Shown piece after piece: positions 10,522 through 21,731 of a stretch of 64,000 bases of DNA (position 1 is its first letter; every line of letters begins with the position of its first letter). Under the pieces are notes generated by a model. That model ran no database searches and had not been told where the DNA came from. It was given only the letters and a program-made list of their open reading frames with translations. Both the position numbers and the translations under genes were made by a program. Location: the NCBI GenBank assembly GCA_028716365.1, contig JAQUPZ010000001.1, positions 839,393 through 903,392 on the forward strand, written 5' to 3'. Origin of the DNA: Kiritimatiellia bacterium. Lineage in GTDB: Bacteria; Verrucomicrobiota; Kiritimatiellia; UBA8416; YA12-FULL-48-11.

Positions 10522-13500
10522 ATGAAGAAGATAATGTTATTGGCGTGTTTGTTTATTACCGCTGGAATTTTGAATGCGAAGGAAGAAGGCCTTGTACTTG
10601 GTAAAAAAGGCGAGATTTACAAGGCTGGACCAAACAGGACCCTTGACCTCAAGGATGAGGTTACGCTTGAAGCCTGGATCAAGGCTGATCCCATGGAGCA
10701 GGGAGGCGGACGTATAATGGACAAATCAGTCCGCGGTACTTCTGAGGGTTACATGCTGGATACATTTCCCGGCAACTCGCTTCGTTTCCTAAATCTAAAC
10801 GGCGCGTGCTGCTTTAAGGCAAATCTTTCTGCCGATAAATGGACTCATGTTGCCGGGGTTTACAGTGCCTCGAAAAAAATAATGAAGCTCTACATGGATG
10901 GCAAGGAAGTTGCCAGTAAAGGTGGGGAATTTCCCACCATGTCGCGCACACTTGTTCCACTCTGTATCGGAGCCAACCCTGAAGGTGGAGATCGTTTCCT
11001 TGGTCGCATCAGGCGTGCGGCAGTTTACGGCAGGGCACTGCCAGCAGAGGAAATCGCAAAACGCGCCGTAGAATCCGTAAAATTAGAAGGCGTAATCGGT
11101 GAATGGATTTTCGATGAAAAACCAGGTGATAAAATTACACCGGTTGCCGGTATGCTTGCGTTGTTGACCGGATCGGCTCCGATGGGAGAATTTACGGGTG
11201 AGGCGAAGCCGCCAAGTGAACCCTGGTGCCTCTGGTATAATCGTCCTGCGGCAAAATGGTGTGAGGCACTTCCTGTCGGTAATGGCAAGCTTGGTGCAAT
11301 GGTATTTGGCGGCGCCATGTCCGAACACATCCAGTTCAATGAAGGCACGATCTGGACCGGTTCACCTCATTCTTATGTTCATGAAGGCGCCGTGAAATTT
11401 CTGCCTGAAATACGCAAACTTCTGCAGGAAAGCAGGGGATTTGAAGCCGAGGCTTTGAAGTTAAAGGCTGAAGCTGCAAAACTGGAAGCCGAGGGCAAAC
11501 AGCAGGAAGCCAGGGAAAAATCCAAACTGGCAAATGAACAGCAGAAACAGGCCCGGGCAAAACAGAAGGAAGCCGAGGACCTTGCCGGCAGGGAATTCAT
11601 GAGCGTTCCACTTCGCCAGAAGGCTTATCAACCCTGCGGCGATCTGTTCATTGACTTTCCTGACCATGCGAAGGTTTCCGATTACAGGCGCATGCTCAAT
11701 CTTGATACTGCTGTTGTCGAAACAACCTATAAAGTTGACGGAGTCACTTTCCGGCGCGAAGTTTTTGCTTCGCATCCCGATAATGCAATCATCGTACGGT
11801 TGACGGCGGACAAACCTGGCAGAATTGAGTGCCTCGCGAGGATGGCCAGCGCGCACAAAGACCATGCGGTTAAAAATGACGGAACAGCAGGTATTACTTT
11901 AACAGGGCGGGTTGAACCGGATGGAGTTTGTTTTGAGGCTCGAGCCCGGCTTGTTGTTGAAGGCGGCAAAGTTACAGCCGGAGAGGATGGAATTGATATT
12001 AACGGGGCGGATGCGGTGACAATCAGGCTGGTTGCCGCTTCGAACGTGAAAAATTTCAGGGATATTTCGACTGATCCAAAATCCAGCTGTGACGAAACTT
12101 TGAAAGTATCCGATGGAAAATCATTTGACCAAATCAAACAGGTACATGTTGCAGACCATCAGTCTCTTTTCCGCCGCGTTTCCCTTGATCTTGGTCGTAC
12201 GGATGCGGTGAATGATCCTACGGACAAACGTGTGATTGAATTTGCCAATCGCAATGATGCGCATCTTGCAGCGCTTGTATTTCAGTATGGTCGTTACCTG
12301 ATGATCGCGTGCGGCAGGTCCGGCAGTCAGCCGGCCACTTTGCAGGGTATCTGGAATGACCTGCTGAGTCCGCCCTGGGACAGTAAAATGACCTGTAATA
12401 TCAATACTGAAATGAACTACTGGCCTGTTGAAGTTGCCAACCTGTCGGAATGTCATACTTCGCTGTTTGATGCGCTGGATGATCTTGTAATATCAGGCCG
12501 CGAAACTGCAAAGGTACATTACAACGCGCGCGGTTGGGTTGTTCATCATAATTTTGACATGTGGCGCGGTTCCGCTCCGATCAATGCATCCAACCACGGA
12601 ATCTGGGTGACGGGTAGTGGCTGGATGGCCACGCATTTGTGGGAACATTTTCTGTTTACCCGTGACATGGATTTCCTGAGAAACAGGGCATATCCGATTC
12701 TGAAAGAAGCGGCATTGTTCTATGCTGATTTTCTTTACGAAGATGAGAAGACAAAGTGGCTTATAAGCGGTCCGTCCAATTCACCTGAACAGGGTGGGCT
12801 TGTCATGGGGCCGACAATGGACCACCAGATAATCCGTTCGCTCTTCGGTCATGTTATCGAAGCGGCGCGTCTTCTTGGTGTGGATGCAGATCTTGCCGCA
12901 AAATTGGAGGACATGCGCAAACGTATTGCGCCAAACCTGGTGGGGAAGCACGGTCAGCTTCAGGAATGGCTTGAAGACAAGGATGATCCGAAAAACCAGC
13001 ACAGACATGTTTCGCACCTGTGGGGTGTGTATCCCGGTTATGATGTCAACTGGCAGACGCCGAAGTTCTTTGATGCGGCAAAACAATCGTTGATTTACCG
13101 CGGTGACCAGGCGACCGGCTGGTCAATGGGATGGAAGATCAATCTCTGGGCGCGGTTCCTTGACGGCGATCATGCTTATATAATTCTACGTAACCTGCTC
13201 GGTCCGCCAGGGCGCGGTGGCGGCGGTTTGTATCCGAACCTGTTCGATGCGCATCCGCCGTTCCAGATTGATGGCAATTTTGGTGCCTGTGCGGGAATAG
13301 CCGAGATGATGGTTCAAAGCCACATGCGGGATGGTGACCAGCATATCGTACATCTTCTTCCTGCTCTGCCCGGTGTTTGGCCCAATGGCTCGGTGAAAGG
13401 TCTGAAGGCGCGCGGCGGATTTGAAGTGGATATCAAATGGAAAGATGGCAAATTGGCAAAAGCCGAAATCAAGTCGCTGCTGGGTAATCCCTGTAAGGTC

Positions 13501-13560
13501 AGGTATGGCGATAAAATCCGCGAGGTTAATATCAAAAAAGGCAAGACCTTCCATTGGTAA
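10522..13560 (+). CDS. Glycoside hydrolase family 95 (alpha-L-fucosidase-like) with N-terminal LamG/concanavalin-like domain
   Basis: It has a signal peptide and GH95 hallmarks ([46 protein letters not shown]). The N-terminal 200 aa look like a LamG domain. Confidence 0.8.
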   Translation: MKKIMLLACLFITAGILNAKEEGLVLGKKGEIYKAGPNRTLDLKDEVTLEAWIKADPMEQGGGRIMDKSVRGTSEGYMLDTFPGNSLRFLNLNGACCFKANLSADKWTHVAGVYSASKKIMKLYMDGKEVASKGGEFPTMSRTLVPLCIGANPEGGDRFLGRIRRAAVYGRALPAEEIAKRAVESVKLEGVIGEWIFDEKPGDKITPVAGMLALLTGSAPMGEFTGEAKPPSEPWCLWYNRPAAKWCEALPVGNGKLGAMVFGGAMSEHIQFNEGTIWTGSPHSYVHEGAVKFLPEIRKLLQESRGFEAEALKLKAEAAKLEAEGKQQEAREKSKLANEQQKQARAKQKEAEDLAGREFMSVPLRQKAYQPCGDLFIDFPDHAKVSDYRRMLNLDTAVVETTYKVDGVTFRREVFASHPDNAIIVRLTADKPGRIECLARMASAHKDHAVKNDGTAGITLTGRVEPDGVCFEARARLVVEGGKVTAGEDGIDINGADAVTIRLVAASNVKNFRDISTDPKSSCDETLKVSDGKSFDQIKQVHVADHQSLFRRVSLDLGRTDAVNDPTDKRVIEFANRNDAHLAALVFQYGRYLMIACGRSGSQPATLQGIWNDLLSPPWDSKMTCNINTEMNYWPVEVANLSECHTSLFDALDDLVISGRETAKVHYNARGWVVHHNFDMWRGSAPINASNHGIWVTGSGWMATHLWEHFLFTRDMDFLRNRAYPILKEAALFYADFLYEDEKTKWLISGPSNSPEQGGLVMGPTMDHQIIRSLFGHVIEAARLLGVDADLAAKLEDMRKRIAPNLVGKHGQLQEWLEDKDDPKNQHRHVSHLWGVYPGYDVNWQTPKFFDAAKQSLIYRGDQATGWSMGWKINLWARFLDGDHAYIILRNLLGPPGRGGGGLYPNLFDAHPPFQIDGNFGACAGIAEMMVQSHMRDGDQHIVHLLPALPGVWPNGSVKGLKARGGFEVDIKWKDGKLAKAEIKSLLGNPCKVRYGDKIREVNIKKGKTFHW

Positions 13561-13696
13561 GTATTAATAACCCGGCAATTTATTTTTTCAATTTATGAAT
13601 CTCTAGCAAAATCGTTCTGACATTTTTTGCCGTTGACAGTTGTCATATTGGGGCGTCACAATCCTCCAGCAAAGTCAGATTAGAGGTCTAATTCTA

Positions 13697-15073
13697 ATGA
13701 TGTCCGGGAAAACGATTATTTGTGGATTATTGTTTGTCTGTTTTGCCGCTGAGATTGCTTATGGTCAGCCCAAGGACGATGGTTATCGCGGTATCTGGTA
13801 TTATAATCAGCCATCAAAAGACGAGTATCACTACAAATACAGTGGCGGGTTTGCAACCTATCCACAACAGATGTCACCCTATGCCTATTACGCAAAAGAG
13901 GTTAACAAAACCTTTTTCTGTTATGGCGGACGACCGGGCGGTACAAATGTTCTGCTCCATATGGTCAGTTTTTACGACCATGCCACCGGTCAGGTTCCGC
14001 GTCCGACAATACTGTTGAACAAAAAAACCGACGATGCCCATGATAATCCTACCATCATGCTCGACGACGCCGGTTATGTATGGATTTTTTCCGCATCCCA
14101 CGGTACCGCGCGCCCGTCGTGGATCCACCGCAGTAAAAAGCCTTATTCGGTGGATGAATTTGAACAGATCATTGAAACCAATTTTTCGTATACTCATCCT
14201 TGGTGGATACCCGGGAAAGGTTTTCTTTTTCTCCATACCCGCTACAAGGCCGGCCGGGGACTGTTCTGGATGATCAGTACGGACGGCGTGAAATGGGAAG
14301 AACCGCAAAGCCTTGCGCACATCGAGATGGGCGATTACCAGGTCGCCTGGCGTTGTGGCACACGGCTGGCCAGCGTGTTTGATTATCATCCGAAACCAGT
14401 CGGTCTTAACGAACGTTCGAACATCTACTATGTTGAAACTGCCGATTACGGTAAAACATGGCGTACTGTTGCAGGTGAACTGCTGAAGTTGCCGCTGACC
14501 GAAGCAAAAAACCCGGCGCTGGTTTTGGATTCGCGTTCTGAAAGGAAGGTTGTGTATAACAAGGACGTTAACTTTGACGCTGATGGACGGCCTGTAATTC
14601 TTTACATGACGAGTACGGGATACGAATCAGGTCCGAAGAACGGTCTGCGTTATTGGTACACAATGCGTTGGACCGGCAGAGAATGGGTATGCCGGCCGTT
14701 TACAACGAGTGATCATAACTACGATCACGGCTCACTTTACATCGAACCCGACGGTACGTGGCGGATTATCGCTCCGACTGAACCCGGTCCTCAGCCGTGG
14801 ACCACTGGCGGAGAGATGGTGCTTTGGACCAGCCGCGACCAGGGCACAACATGGATAAAAGTAAAACAACTTACCCGTAACAGCCGCTTTAACCACACCT
14901 ACGCCCGGCGTCCCGTCAATGCTCATCCTGGCTTCTATGCCTTCTGGGCCGACGGTAACACGCTGGGAAAGTCCGATTCCTGTCTCTACTTTACAAACAA
15001 AGACGGTGACCATGTCTGGCGATTACCGACGGTAATGAGCGGCGAGTTTGAAAAGCCGGAAGTGGCCTGGTAG
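13697..15073 (+). CDS. Secreted BNR-repeat sialidase-like beta-propeller protein
   Basis: A signal peptide is present. BNR motifs occur (SRDQGTTW, ADYGKTW, STDGVKW). Confidence 0.55.
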   Translation: MMSGKTIICGLLFVCFAAEIAYGQPKDDGYRGIWYYNQPSKDEYHYKYSGGFATYPQQMSPYAYYAKEVNKTFFCYGGRPGGTNVLLHMVSFYDHATGQVPRPTILLNKKTDDAHDNPTIMLDDAGYVWIFSASHGTARPSWIHRSKKPYSVDEFEQIIETNFSYTHPWWIPGKGFLFLHTRYKAGRGLFWMISTDGVKWEEPQSLAHIEMGDYQVAWRCGTRLASVFDYHPKPVGLNERSNIYYVETADYGKTWRTVAGELLKLPLTEAKNPALVLDSRSERKVVYNKDVNFDADGRPVILYMTSTGYESGPKNGLRYWYTMRWTGREWVCRPFTTSDHNYDHGSLYIEPDGTWRIIAPTEPGPQPWTTGGEMVLWTSRDQGTTWIKVKQLTRNSRFNHTYARRPVNAHPGFYAFWADGNTLGKSDSCLYFTNKDGDHVWRLPTVMSGEFEKPEVAW

Positions 15074-15084
15074 GACTCTTCAAG

Positions 15085-17592
15085 ATGTTGAAGCAAATAG
15101 GGACAATATTATTCGCGATTGTTCTGTGTGCGTTTTCGATTCATGCCGCGGATACAACGAATGCGGCAGCAGTACCGAACTTTGACAGCCTGCGGATGGT
15201 GATTCAGGACCTGGGTTCGACATTTCCCCTTGAGTATGAAGGCGTGACATTGAGTAATGAATTCAAGGGGCTTGAAAGTGAATACCGGCATATTCAGAAT
15301 CAGGCAGATCGAGATGCTTTCGCGCAGAAGTACGAGGCATTTTCACGCAGGGTTTTACTGTCGAACCCGTTGTTAATAAAAAATCCGGTGCTGTTTGTGG
15401 TACGACGCCAGTACAAACCGGACCATCACAATACCGAAACCATGTTCCAGACCGGCGAAATAAATACGAAAAGTTTCCAGGGTGGCGGGGCATTGAAGGT
15501 CATCGATTTTAAAAAAGGCGGTGATGTCAGAACTTTGCTTGCTGTTGAAAAAGGTGTGATTCGCGATCCGGATGTGCATTTTGACGGCAGGAAAATTCTC
15601 TTCTCAATGCGAAAAGATATCGACGATAATTATCACATCTACGAAATAAACTCCGATGGTACTGGTTTGAGACAGATTACATCGGCGAAAGGCGTGTTCG
15701 ATATTGATCCGATTTATCTGCCTGACGAAAGCATTGTTTTCTCTTCATCCCGTGAACCGAAGTTTTGCATGTGTAACAGACATATCATGGGAAATCTATT
15801 CAGGATGGATTCCGATGGTGCCAACATTCACCAGATCAGCAAGAACACGCTGCATGACGGGCATGGCTGGCTGATGTCTGACGGAAGAATCATGTATGAC
15901 AGGTGGGAATACGTCGACAGGAACTTTGGCGATGCGCAGGGATTATGGACCGTGAATCCAGACGGGACACAGCACCTGATTTACTGGAAAAACAATACAG
16001 GCAGTCCGGGTGTGGCGCTTGATGGTCACGATATTCCGGAAACCCAGCAGCTGTTATGTGTTTTTTCGTCATGTCACGATCGTCCATGGGGAGCGCTGGC
16101 TCTGGTTGACAGAAGGCTGGGGTTGGATGGACGTCCGCCGGTTGTGCGTACATGGCCAGCTGATGCCGTTAATCTGATAAATGTCAATGGTAGCTTTGAT
16201 GCTTTTCGAAAAGTTAAATTAAAATTTGAAGATCCGTATCCTCTGAGCAGTAAGTATTTCATATGTTCCCGGATGACTGGAAAAGGCGAAGAGATGGGGC
16301 TTTACCTGGTTGATATTTTCGGCAACGAAATCCTTCTGCATGTTGAGGAACCGGCCTGTTTTGATCCGGTCCCGCTGGCGCCGCGTCACCGCCCGCCGGT
16401 CATTCCTTCGAAAAGGGATTACGAAAACAAGGAAGGCGTCCTTTTTGTACAAAACGTTTATCTCGGCACACACATGGAAGGAGTAAAACCCGATACAGTC
16501 AAGTTTCTCCGTGTAATCGAGTCGGGTGAAAAGAGATCATGGAGCCATCCATGCTGGTTTGGTCAGGGCGCGGAAGCGCCTGGTATGAACTGGCATGATT
16601 TTGGTAACAAGAAAATCCTTGGAACAGTTCCGGTGGAGGATGACGGGTCAGCATGTTTTTCCGTACCCAGCGACAGGTTTATTTTTTTCCAACTGTTGGA
16701 TAAAAATTACATGATGATCCAGTCGATGCGCAGCGGAATGGTTGTACAGTCCGGCGAGAGAACGGGTTGTATCGGATGTCACGATGAACGCCGCAGTGCG
16801 CCGCCACTGGCAAAGGCCGACACATTAAAGGCATTGAAAAGGGAACCAAGCAGATTGGAAGGATGGAACGGACCGCCTCGGTTCTTTAATTACATAACTG
16901 AGGTCCAGCCTGTTTTTGACAAGCATTGCGTCAGTTGCCATGATTTTGATAAGCCGGATGGAAAAGTCCTCAACCTGTCCCGTGACCGTGGAATGATTTT
17001 TAATGTTTCGTACCATGAATTATGGACCAAAAAACAGATCAAGGTTGTGGGTGCTGGTCCGGCGGAAATCCAGCAGGCATATTCCTGGGGATCACATGCA
17101 AGTCGATTAGTGGGAGTACTTGCCAAGGAACATGGAGAAGTGAAGTTAACCAGAGAAGAAAAAGACCGGATTATTACATGGGTTGATCTCAATGCACCGT
17201 ATTATCCGGAATTTGATACAAATTTTCCCAACAATCTTTATGGTCGTGCCCCGCTTAGTGGCCAGCAGGTAAAGCGTTTGTTTGAACTTACAGGTGTAAA
17301 TTGTGATGAAAGAAAACATGCCATGGATGTCTGTTTCGACAGACCAGAGGTCAGCCCCTGTCTTGACAAGTTTTCAGACAGAAATGATCCTGTTTATAAA
17401 GAGGCCCTGGCAATCATTGCGGAAGGAAAGAAAATCCTGACAGAAAATCCTTCCGCAGAAATGGCGAATTTCAAGCCCTGTGAGGATCATCAGAAACGAC
17501 AGGATAAATATACAGTACGTCTGGCAATCGAACAGCGTAACCGCGAAGCAATCCGCACCGGGAAAAAGTTGTACGACAAAGATATCAATTAG
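15085..17592 (+). CDS. Secreted PD40 beta-propeller di-heme (2x CXXCH) protein, HzsA-like family, paralog 2
   Basis: A signal peptide is present. It carries CIGCH and CVSCH. The family motifs are conserved (RWEYVDRNFGD, YLVDIFGNE, DPVPLAPRHRPP, TVPVEDDGSA, FFQLLDKNYMMIQSMRS, WVDLNAPYY). Confidence 0.8.
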   Translation: MLKQIGTILFAIVLCAFSIHAADTTNAAAVPNFDSLRMVIQDLGSTFPLEYEGVTLSNEFKGLESEYRHIQNQADRDAFAQKYEAFSRRVLLSNPLLIKNPVLFVVRRQYKPDHHNTETMFQTGEINTKSFQGGGALKVIDFKKGGDVRTLLAVEKGVIRDPDVHFDGRKILFSMRKDIDDNYHIYEINSDGTGLRQITSAKGVFDIDPIYLPDESIVFSSSREPKFCMCNRHIMGNLFRMDSDGANIHQISKNTLHDGHGWLMSDGRIMYDRWEYVDRNFGDAQGLWTVNPDGTQHLIYWKNNTGSPGVALDGHDIPETQQLLCVFSSCHDRPWGALALVDRRLGLDGRPPVVRTWPADAVNLINVNGSFDAFRKVKLKFEDPYPLSSKYFICSRMTGKGEEMGLYLVDIFGNEILLHVEEPACFDPVPLAPRHRPPVIPSKRDYENKEGVLFVQNVYLGTHMEGVKPDTVKFLRVIESGEKRSWSHPCWFGQGAEAPGMNWHDFGNKKILGTVPVEDDGSACFSVPSDRFIFFQLLDKNYMMIQSMRSGMVVQSGERTGCIGCHDERRSAPPLAKADTLKALKREPSRLEGWNGPPRFFNYITEVQPVFDKHCVSCHDFDKPDGKVLNLSRDRGMIFNVSYHELWTKKQIKVVGAGPAEIQQAYSWGSHASRLVGVLAKEHGEVKLTREEKDRIITWVDLNAPYYPEFDTNFPNNLYGRAPLSGQQVKRLFELTGVNCDERKHAMDVCFDRPEVSPCLDKFSDRNDPVYKEALAIIAEGKKILTENPSAEMANFKPCEDHQKRQDKYTVRLAIEQRNREAIRTGKKLYDKDIN

Positions 17593-17789
17593 CCCTCTTC
17601 TTGGTTCTGGCTAATTATAACGACAAATTGTACTAAACAATTGAGTGTTTTATTTATGCATATTATCCTGGTAATGTCGCTTAATTTCGTTTCACCGCTG
17701 CTTGATACTGGTAGAAACTTAACGTGAGGATGCCTTTGTCATCCTCAAAAAACATTTGTCCGGATAATACTGTTATGCGAGGAGATAAA

Positions 17790-19313
17790 ATGGCAGATAG
17801 CAATCTCTTGTTTCGAAGACAGTTCTTGCTGACGCCTGATGCCTGTTCATCTCTCAGTCATTGGCAGCATATACACGTTGGGATTTTTCATATATATGCA
17901 CACCCTGACGTACAACTTTCTACCGTAACATCAGCAGATACAAATGTAACTCTCTCGCTCGTGGGATACATCATCGATCCCAATTTCCCGGAGCGATCAA
18001 ATACAGATGTATTAAACACGATTGCCAGCCTCGGCGATTCAGTTGAAAATATTAGCGACTATCTGTGTGCCCTTTCCGGTCGTTTTGTTTTAATACTAAC
18101 AACCGCAAAGGAAACATTACTGTTTCATGATCCATGCGGATTGCGAACTGTATACTATACAAAATATGAAGGCAAAGTATTCGTTGGTTCGCAGCCGTAT
18201 ATCTTCAAACAGGTTATGCCTCTAAAGGATGGAGAACTCTTCTCGTCCTTTTTCAGATCATCATACGCAAAGCGTAATATTGAATATTGGATACCCAGCG
18301 GGTGCTCACTTTTTGAGGAAGTACACCATTTAATCCCTAATCACTATCTACGCCTTTCAACGCTTGAACAGATAAGGTATTGGCCTAAAAGGATATTGCT
18401 CCAGAAGCGTGTGGATGAAGTCATAACTGATGCCTCTGATCTTTTAAAGAAACTGATGATTGCTGCAAACAACAGATTTAAGCTCGCTCTACCGGTTACA
18501 GCAGGATGGGACTCAAGAATACTTCTTAGTGCTTCAAAGAGTATTTCCAGGGAAATCTACTTTTATACATTGCAATATCGCAACCTTAATTCCAGGTCAA
18601 GCGACATCAAAATTCCGGCAGAGCTATTACGATCTCTTGGCTTACGTCACAATCTTATAGATTGTCGTAAAACTATTTCTGATGAATTTATCGAAATATA
18701 CCGGCGGAATTCGCCGCTTGCGCACATAGAGGACTGGGGAAAAATAGCATACGGAATGATTGATAAGTATCCACAAGACAGGGTAGCCATTAAAGGGAAC
18801 TGTTCCGAAATTGCGAGGTCTTTTTATTATAAATACGGTTTTCATCGACCGATTATTTCTCCTGATCAGATCGTTGCACTTGTGAATGGCTGGCAGACGA
18901 TACCGTTTGTACGCGATCAGATTTTTACCTGGTATAATCAAGCCATTGAAGTGGCTGCTGAAACAAACATGGATATTCTTGATCTATTCTACTGGGAACA
19001 CCGAATGGGCAGTTGGCAGGCACAGAGTCAGCTTGAATGGGATATAGTCCAAGAGGCATATACTCCATTCAATCACAGAGGACTTCTCGAACTCATGCTT
19101 GGTGTTTCTACGAATTTACGAAGTGCTCCCAATTACAGCTTGTACAAAATGATGTTCAAACTTCTTTGGCCGGAAGTCATGAAACAGCCCATTAACCCTA
19201 CAACAACAATGAACAGGCTGAGGAAAATCTTAAAGCACGGTATTTATGAAATAGCGAGGAGAGTCTACGCATATGCTGTCCGGAAAAACGGAAACAATGG
19301 GAAATGGCAATAA
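17790..19313 (+). CDS. Asparagine-synthetase (AsnB)/lasso-cyclase-like amidotransferase homolog, divergent, no N-terminal Cys nucleophile
   Basis: A GAGGAG SD lies 5 nt upstream. An AsnB glutaminase-domain-like stretch is present (GRFVLIL...LFHDPCGLRTVYY). A degenerate PP-loop (LPVTAGWDSR) replaces the usual SGGLDS. GC is low (about 43%) relative to the neighbouring genes. Confidence 0.5.
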   Translation: MADSNLLFRRQFLLTPDACSSLSHWQHIHVGIFHIYAHPDVQLSTVTSADTNVTLSLVGYIIDPNFPERSNTDVLNTIASLGDSVENISDYLCALSGRFVLILTTAKETLLFHDPCGLRTVYYTKYEGKVFVGSQPYIFKQVMPLKDGELFSSFFRSSYAKRNIEYWIPSGCSLFEEVHHLIPNHYLRLSTLEQIRYWPKRILLQKRVDEVITDASDLLKKLMIAANNRFKLALPVTAGWDSRILLSASKSISREIYFYTLQYRNLNSRSSDIKIPAELLRSLGLRHNLIDCRKTISDEFIEIYRRNSPLAHIEDWGKIAYGMIDKYPQDRVAIKGNCSEIARSFYYKYGFHRPIISPDQIVALVNGWQTIPFVRDQIFTWYNQAIEVAAETNMDILDLFYWEHRMGSWQAQSQLEWDIVQEAYTPFNHRGLLELMLGVSTNLRSAPNYSLYKMMFKLLWPEVMKQPINPTTTMNRLRKILKHGIYEIARRVYAYAVRKNGNNGKWQ

Positions 19314-19440
19314 GAAGGGTTTGTTCAAAAAAAGCATGGAATATAACTTTTCCGGAGATTCTTTCTGCTTTTCTATAATGCTTTGAAGAAGCTCCAATAA
19401 AATCTTGCTGCCAATCGTAACAGTGTTAGCATTTTGATAA

Positions 19441-19508
19441 TTAACCGGGACAAGAGCGCTGGAACCGGTGTTTCAGAATTGCTCCCCAAAAAAGCAATTT
19501 CTTGTAAC
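19441..19508 (+). promoter_or_regulatory. Conserved 68-bp leader element, copy 1 (contains palindrome AATTGCT-N9-AGCAATT at 19476-19498)
   Basis: It is about 94% identical to 22170..22237. It ends 20 nt before the ATG of the 19529 gene. An SD (AGGAG) follows it. Confidence 0.6.
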
Positions 19509-19528
19509 TTAACTTTAGGAGTCGTGAC

Positions 19529-21223
19529 ATGTTTCAGCAGCGATTCATTTGTGTGTGTATGATTTTCACCGTCTTGATTCCCATCGCAGTGTCCGCCGAT
19601 TTGAAAGTGTGGACACTCGCCCAAACGGAGCGTGTTCTCCGTGATACGTTACCGGGCGAGGGACTACCGGTCCATATCGCGGCAGCGAAGAATGAGTGGG
19701 AGAGTTTTCAAATTATCGTCCGTTCGGACAAGCCGGTAGGGGGGATCACCATCGAGGCTGGCAAACTCAGGGGGCCATGGTTTTCACACATTCGGGCAAG
19801 AGATGCCCGCCTCTTCCGACAGCACCAGATGGAACTCACAGTTCCCACGTACAGAAACAGTAGTTTCAAAGAGGGGTGGTATCCCGACGCCCTGATCCCG
19901 TTTTTTCATCCGGTCACCGGCGAGGCCTTGTTGAATGCGCGGCTCAAGGCCGTACCGTTCAACCTGCCCGCCAATGAAACGCATGGTTTCTGGGTAGATA
20001 TTTATGTCCCCAAAAACGCCAAAGCCGGCAAATACAAAGGAACGTATGTACTGCGAAGCTCTGTCAAGACGGTCAAAATTCCGGTCGCGCTGACGGTATG
20101 GGATTTCACGCTGCCGCGTGTGGCAACGATCAAGACCTCTCTTGGCTGGCCTCCGGATAGAATGCGCAGCTATTACAAGCAGCGGGCAAAAGACGGCAAG
20201 GAAGAAGAACCAAAAGACTGGGATGCCATCGAGACACAGTGCGCGGAGATGATGACGCAACACCACATCAATTGCTGGCCGCCCGTCCCCTGGATGACGC
20301 CCAAGGCGCAGTCGGATGGCTCGTTCAAGATTCCTTCAGAGAACATCGAGGCATATAGAAAGTTCGTTGATCAGTATCAGGTCAACGCTCTTCAGACGCC
20401 ACATCCCGGAAGTGTTGTCAAGGACCCGGATGCAGATAAGGAAAAATTACATGCCTGGCTCAAGGCATGGACCGACGCCGCGAAGGAACTGGATCGTACG
20501 AACATTGTCTTTTACACCTATCTCAGGGATGAACCAAACGACGAGGAAGCCTACAAGTATGTCCAGAAATGGGGACGGGCGATCTGCCCCGTGAAGTCGG
20601 CGCTCAAGGTGATGGTTGTTGAGCAGACGTGGACACAGGATGAGAAGTGGGGTGATCTCTATGGCGCCGTTGACATCTGGTGCCCGCTGTTCTCATTATT
20701 CAAGCCGGAAAGCGCGGCAAAACGCCAGGCGCTCGGTGAAACCATTTGGACCTATACTGCCCTCTGCCAGCGTGATCCGACACCCTGGTGGCACATTGAT
20801 TTTCCGCTCCTGAACTATCGCGTGTCGTCTTGGATCGCATGGCGCTATCGAATGCGCGGTATCCTCTACTGGGGTGGCATGTCGTACTGGCGGGGTGTGG
20901 ACGATCCGTGGACTGACCCGAAGACGCTTGATCGTCGCAAAAACGGCAAAGGTCCCAACTACAACGGCGAGGGCAGTCTTCTCTATCCGGCCCGTGCAGT
21001 CGGCTATGAGGGCGTTGCGCCCAGCCTGCGATTGAAGGCCCTGCGCGATTCATTCGAAGATTACGAGTATCTCTCCATCCTGGAGCGTGCCGGTCTGGCC
21101 GATCAAGCACAGGAGATTATCATGCCCCTCGCTGGTTCATGGTTTAAATGGGATAGTGATCCCGCGGCCTATGAAAAGGCACGGGCCAAGCTGGCCGAGA
21201 TGATCGTGAAGGCGAAAAAATGA
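19529..21223 (+). CDS. Secreted hypothetical protein (possibly DUF4091/GH123-like glycoside hydrolase)
   Basis: A signal peptide is present. The gene is high GC (about 58%). The family assignment is only a weak recollection. Confidence 0.45.
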   Translation: MFQQRFICVCMIFTVLIPIAVSADLKVWTLAQTERVLRDTLPGEGLPVHIAAAKNEWESFQIIVRSDKPVGGITIEAGKLRGPWFSHIRARDARLFRQHQMELTVPTYRNSSFKEGWYPDALIPFFHPVTGEALLNARLKAVPFNLPANETHGFWVDIYVPKNAKAGKYKGTYVLRSSVKTVKIPVALTVWDFTLPRVATIKTSLGWPPDRMRSYYKQRAKDGKEEEPKDWDAIETQCAEMMTQHHINCWPPVPWMTPKAQSDGSFKIPSENIEAYRKFVDQYQVNALQTPHPGSVVKDPDADKEKLHAWLKAWTDAAKELDRTNIVFYTYLRDEPNDEEAYKYVQKWGRAICPVKSALKVMVVEQTWTQDEKWGDLYGAVDIWCPLFSLFKPESAAKRQALGETIWTYTALCQRDPTPWWHIDFPLLNYRVSSWIAWRYRMRGILYWGGMSYWRGVDDPWTDPKTLDRRKNGKGPNYNGEGSLLYPARAVGYEGVAPSLRLKALRDSFEDYEYLSILERAGLADQAQEIIMPLAGSWFKWDSDPAAYEKARAKLAEMIVKAKK

Positions 21224-21731
21224 TATTGATCCCTTCTAACCCTGACTAAGAATGTCACGCTGGGAAATAGAATTTTGTCCTGATTTTGCCTAATCACTAT
21301 TTACGACTGATTAGCCCGGATATTTCTCAGAGCGGCCAAAGAAGCCGTAACCAAAGAGAGAAGTGGTGTGCATTTTGCAGGGAAGCCGATAAGCGTCTTT
21401 TGCACGCCGACTTTGTTGCTGCAAGCGGTGCAGATGCATATCTAGCCCCGCTTGCAGACGCCGTGTCGGCATCACAAAATCCACTTACCGTTTCCCTGTC
21501 CCCATGGATCCCCAAAATGCACACCACGGCCTGTCATCCGTATCCGTCGACCGACGGATACGGAACTTAAGAAATTTTCTCAGGAAAAGAAAAAAATACC
21601 GGATAATAGTATGAGTAAGAGATTGGCTCATGCATAAGCGCTTTTGCGACAATCACTTTACCGCACCGTAAAAGTTTCGACTGCGTGCTATTGCACTTTG
21701 CTCAAGATGACCCTTCGTCGCGTCGAAAGGT

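Noticed and set aside
17656-17730. 24-aa ORF (MHIILVMSLNFVSPLLDTGRNLT) immediately upstream of the AsnB-like gene, considered as a RiPP/lasso precursor.
   Set aside because: It has no SD. Any core after a T-x-G-like leader end would be only about 5 aa, which is too short for a lasso or RiPP core. No B-protease or PqqD-like gene is adjacent.
17735-17760. Hairpin GAGGATG-cctttgtc-CATCCTC, considered as a terminator between the heme-propeller gene and the AsnB-like gene.
   Set aside because: It is followed by an A-run rather than a T-run on the plus strand. On the minus strand the T-run precedes the stem. It does not fit a canonical intrinsic terminator for either strand, so it is left unannotated.
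21286-21570. ORF encoding MPNHYLRLIS..., whose first 9 aa resemble IPNHYLRLS inside the AsnB-like protein (considered as a pseudogene fragment of a paralog).
   Set aside because: Similarity is limited to about 19 nt (a 12-mer exact match). That is within chance expectation for a 64-kb window. The rest of the ORF is not protein-like and overlaps the palindromic non-coding elements.
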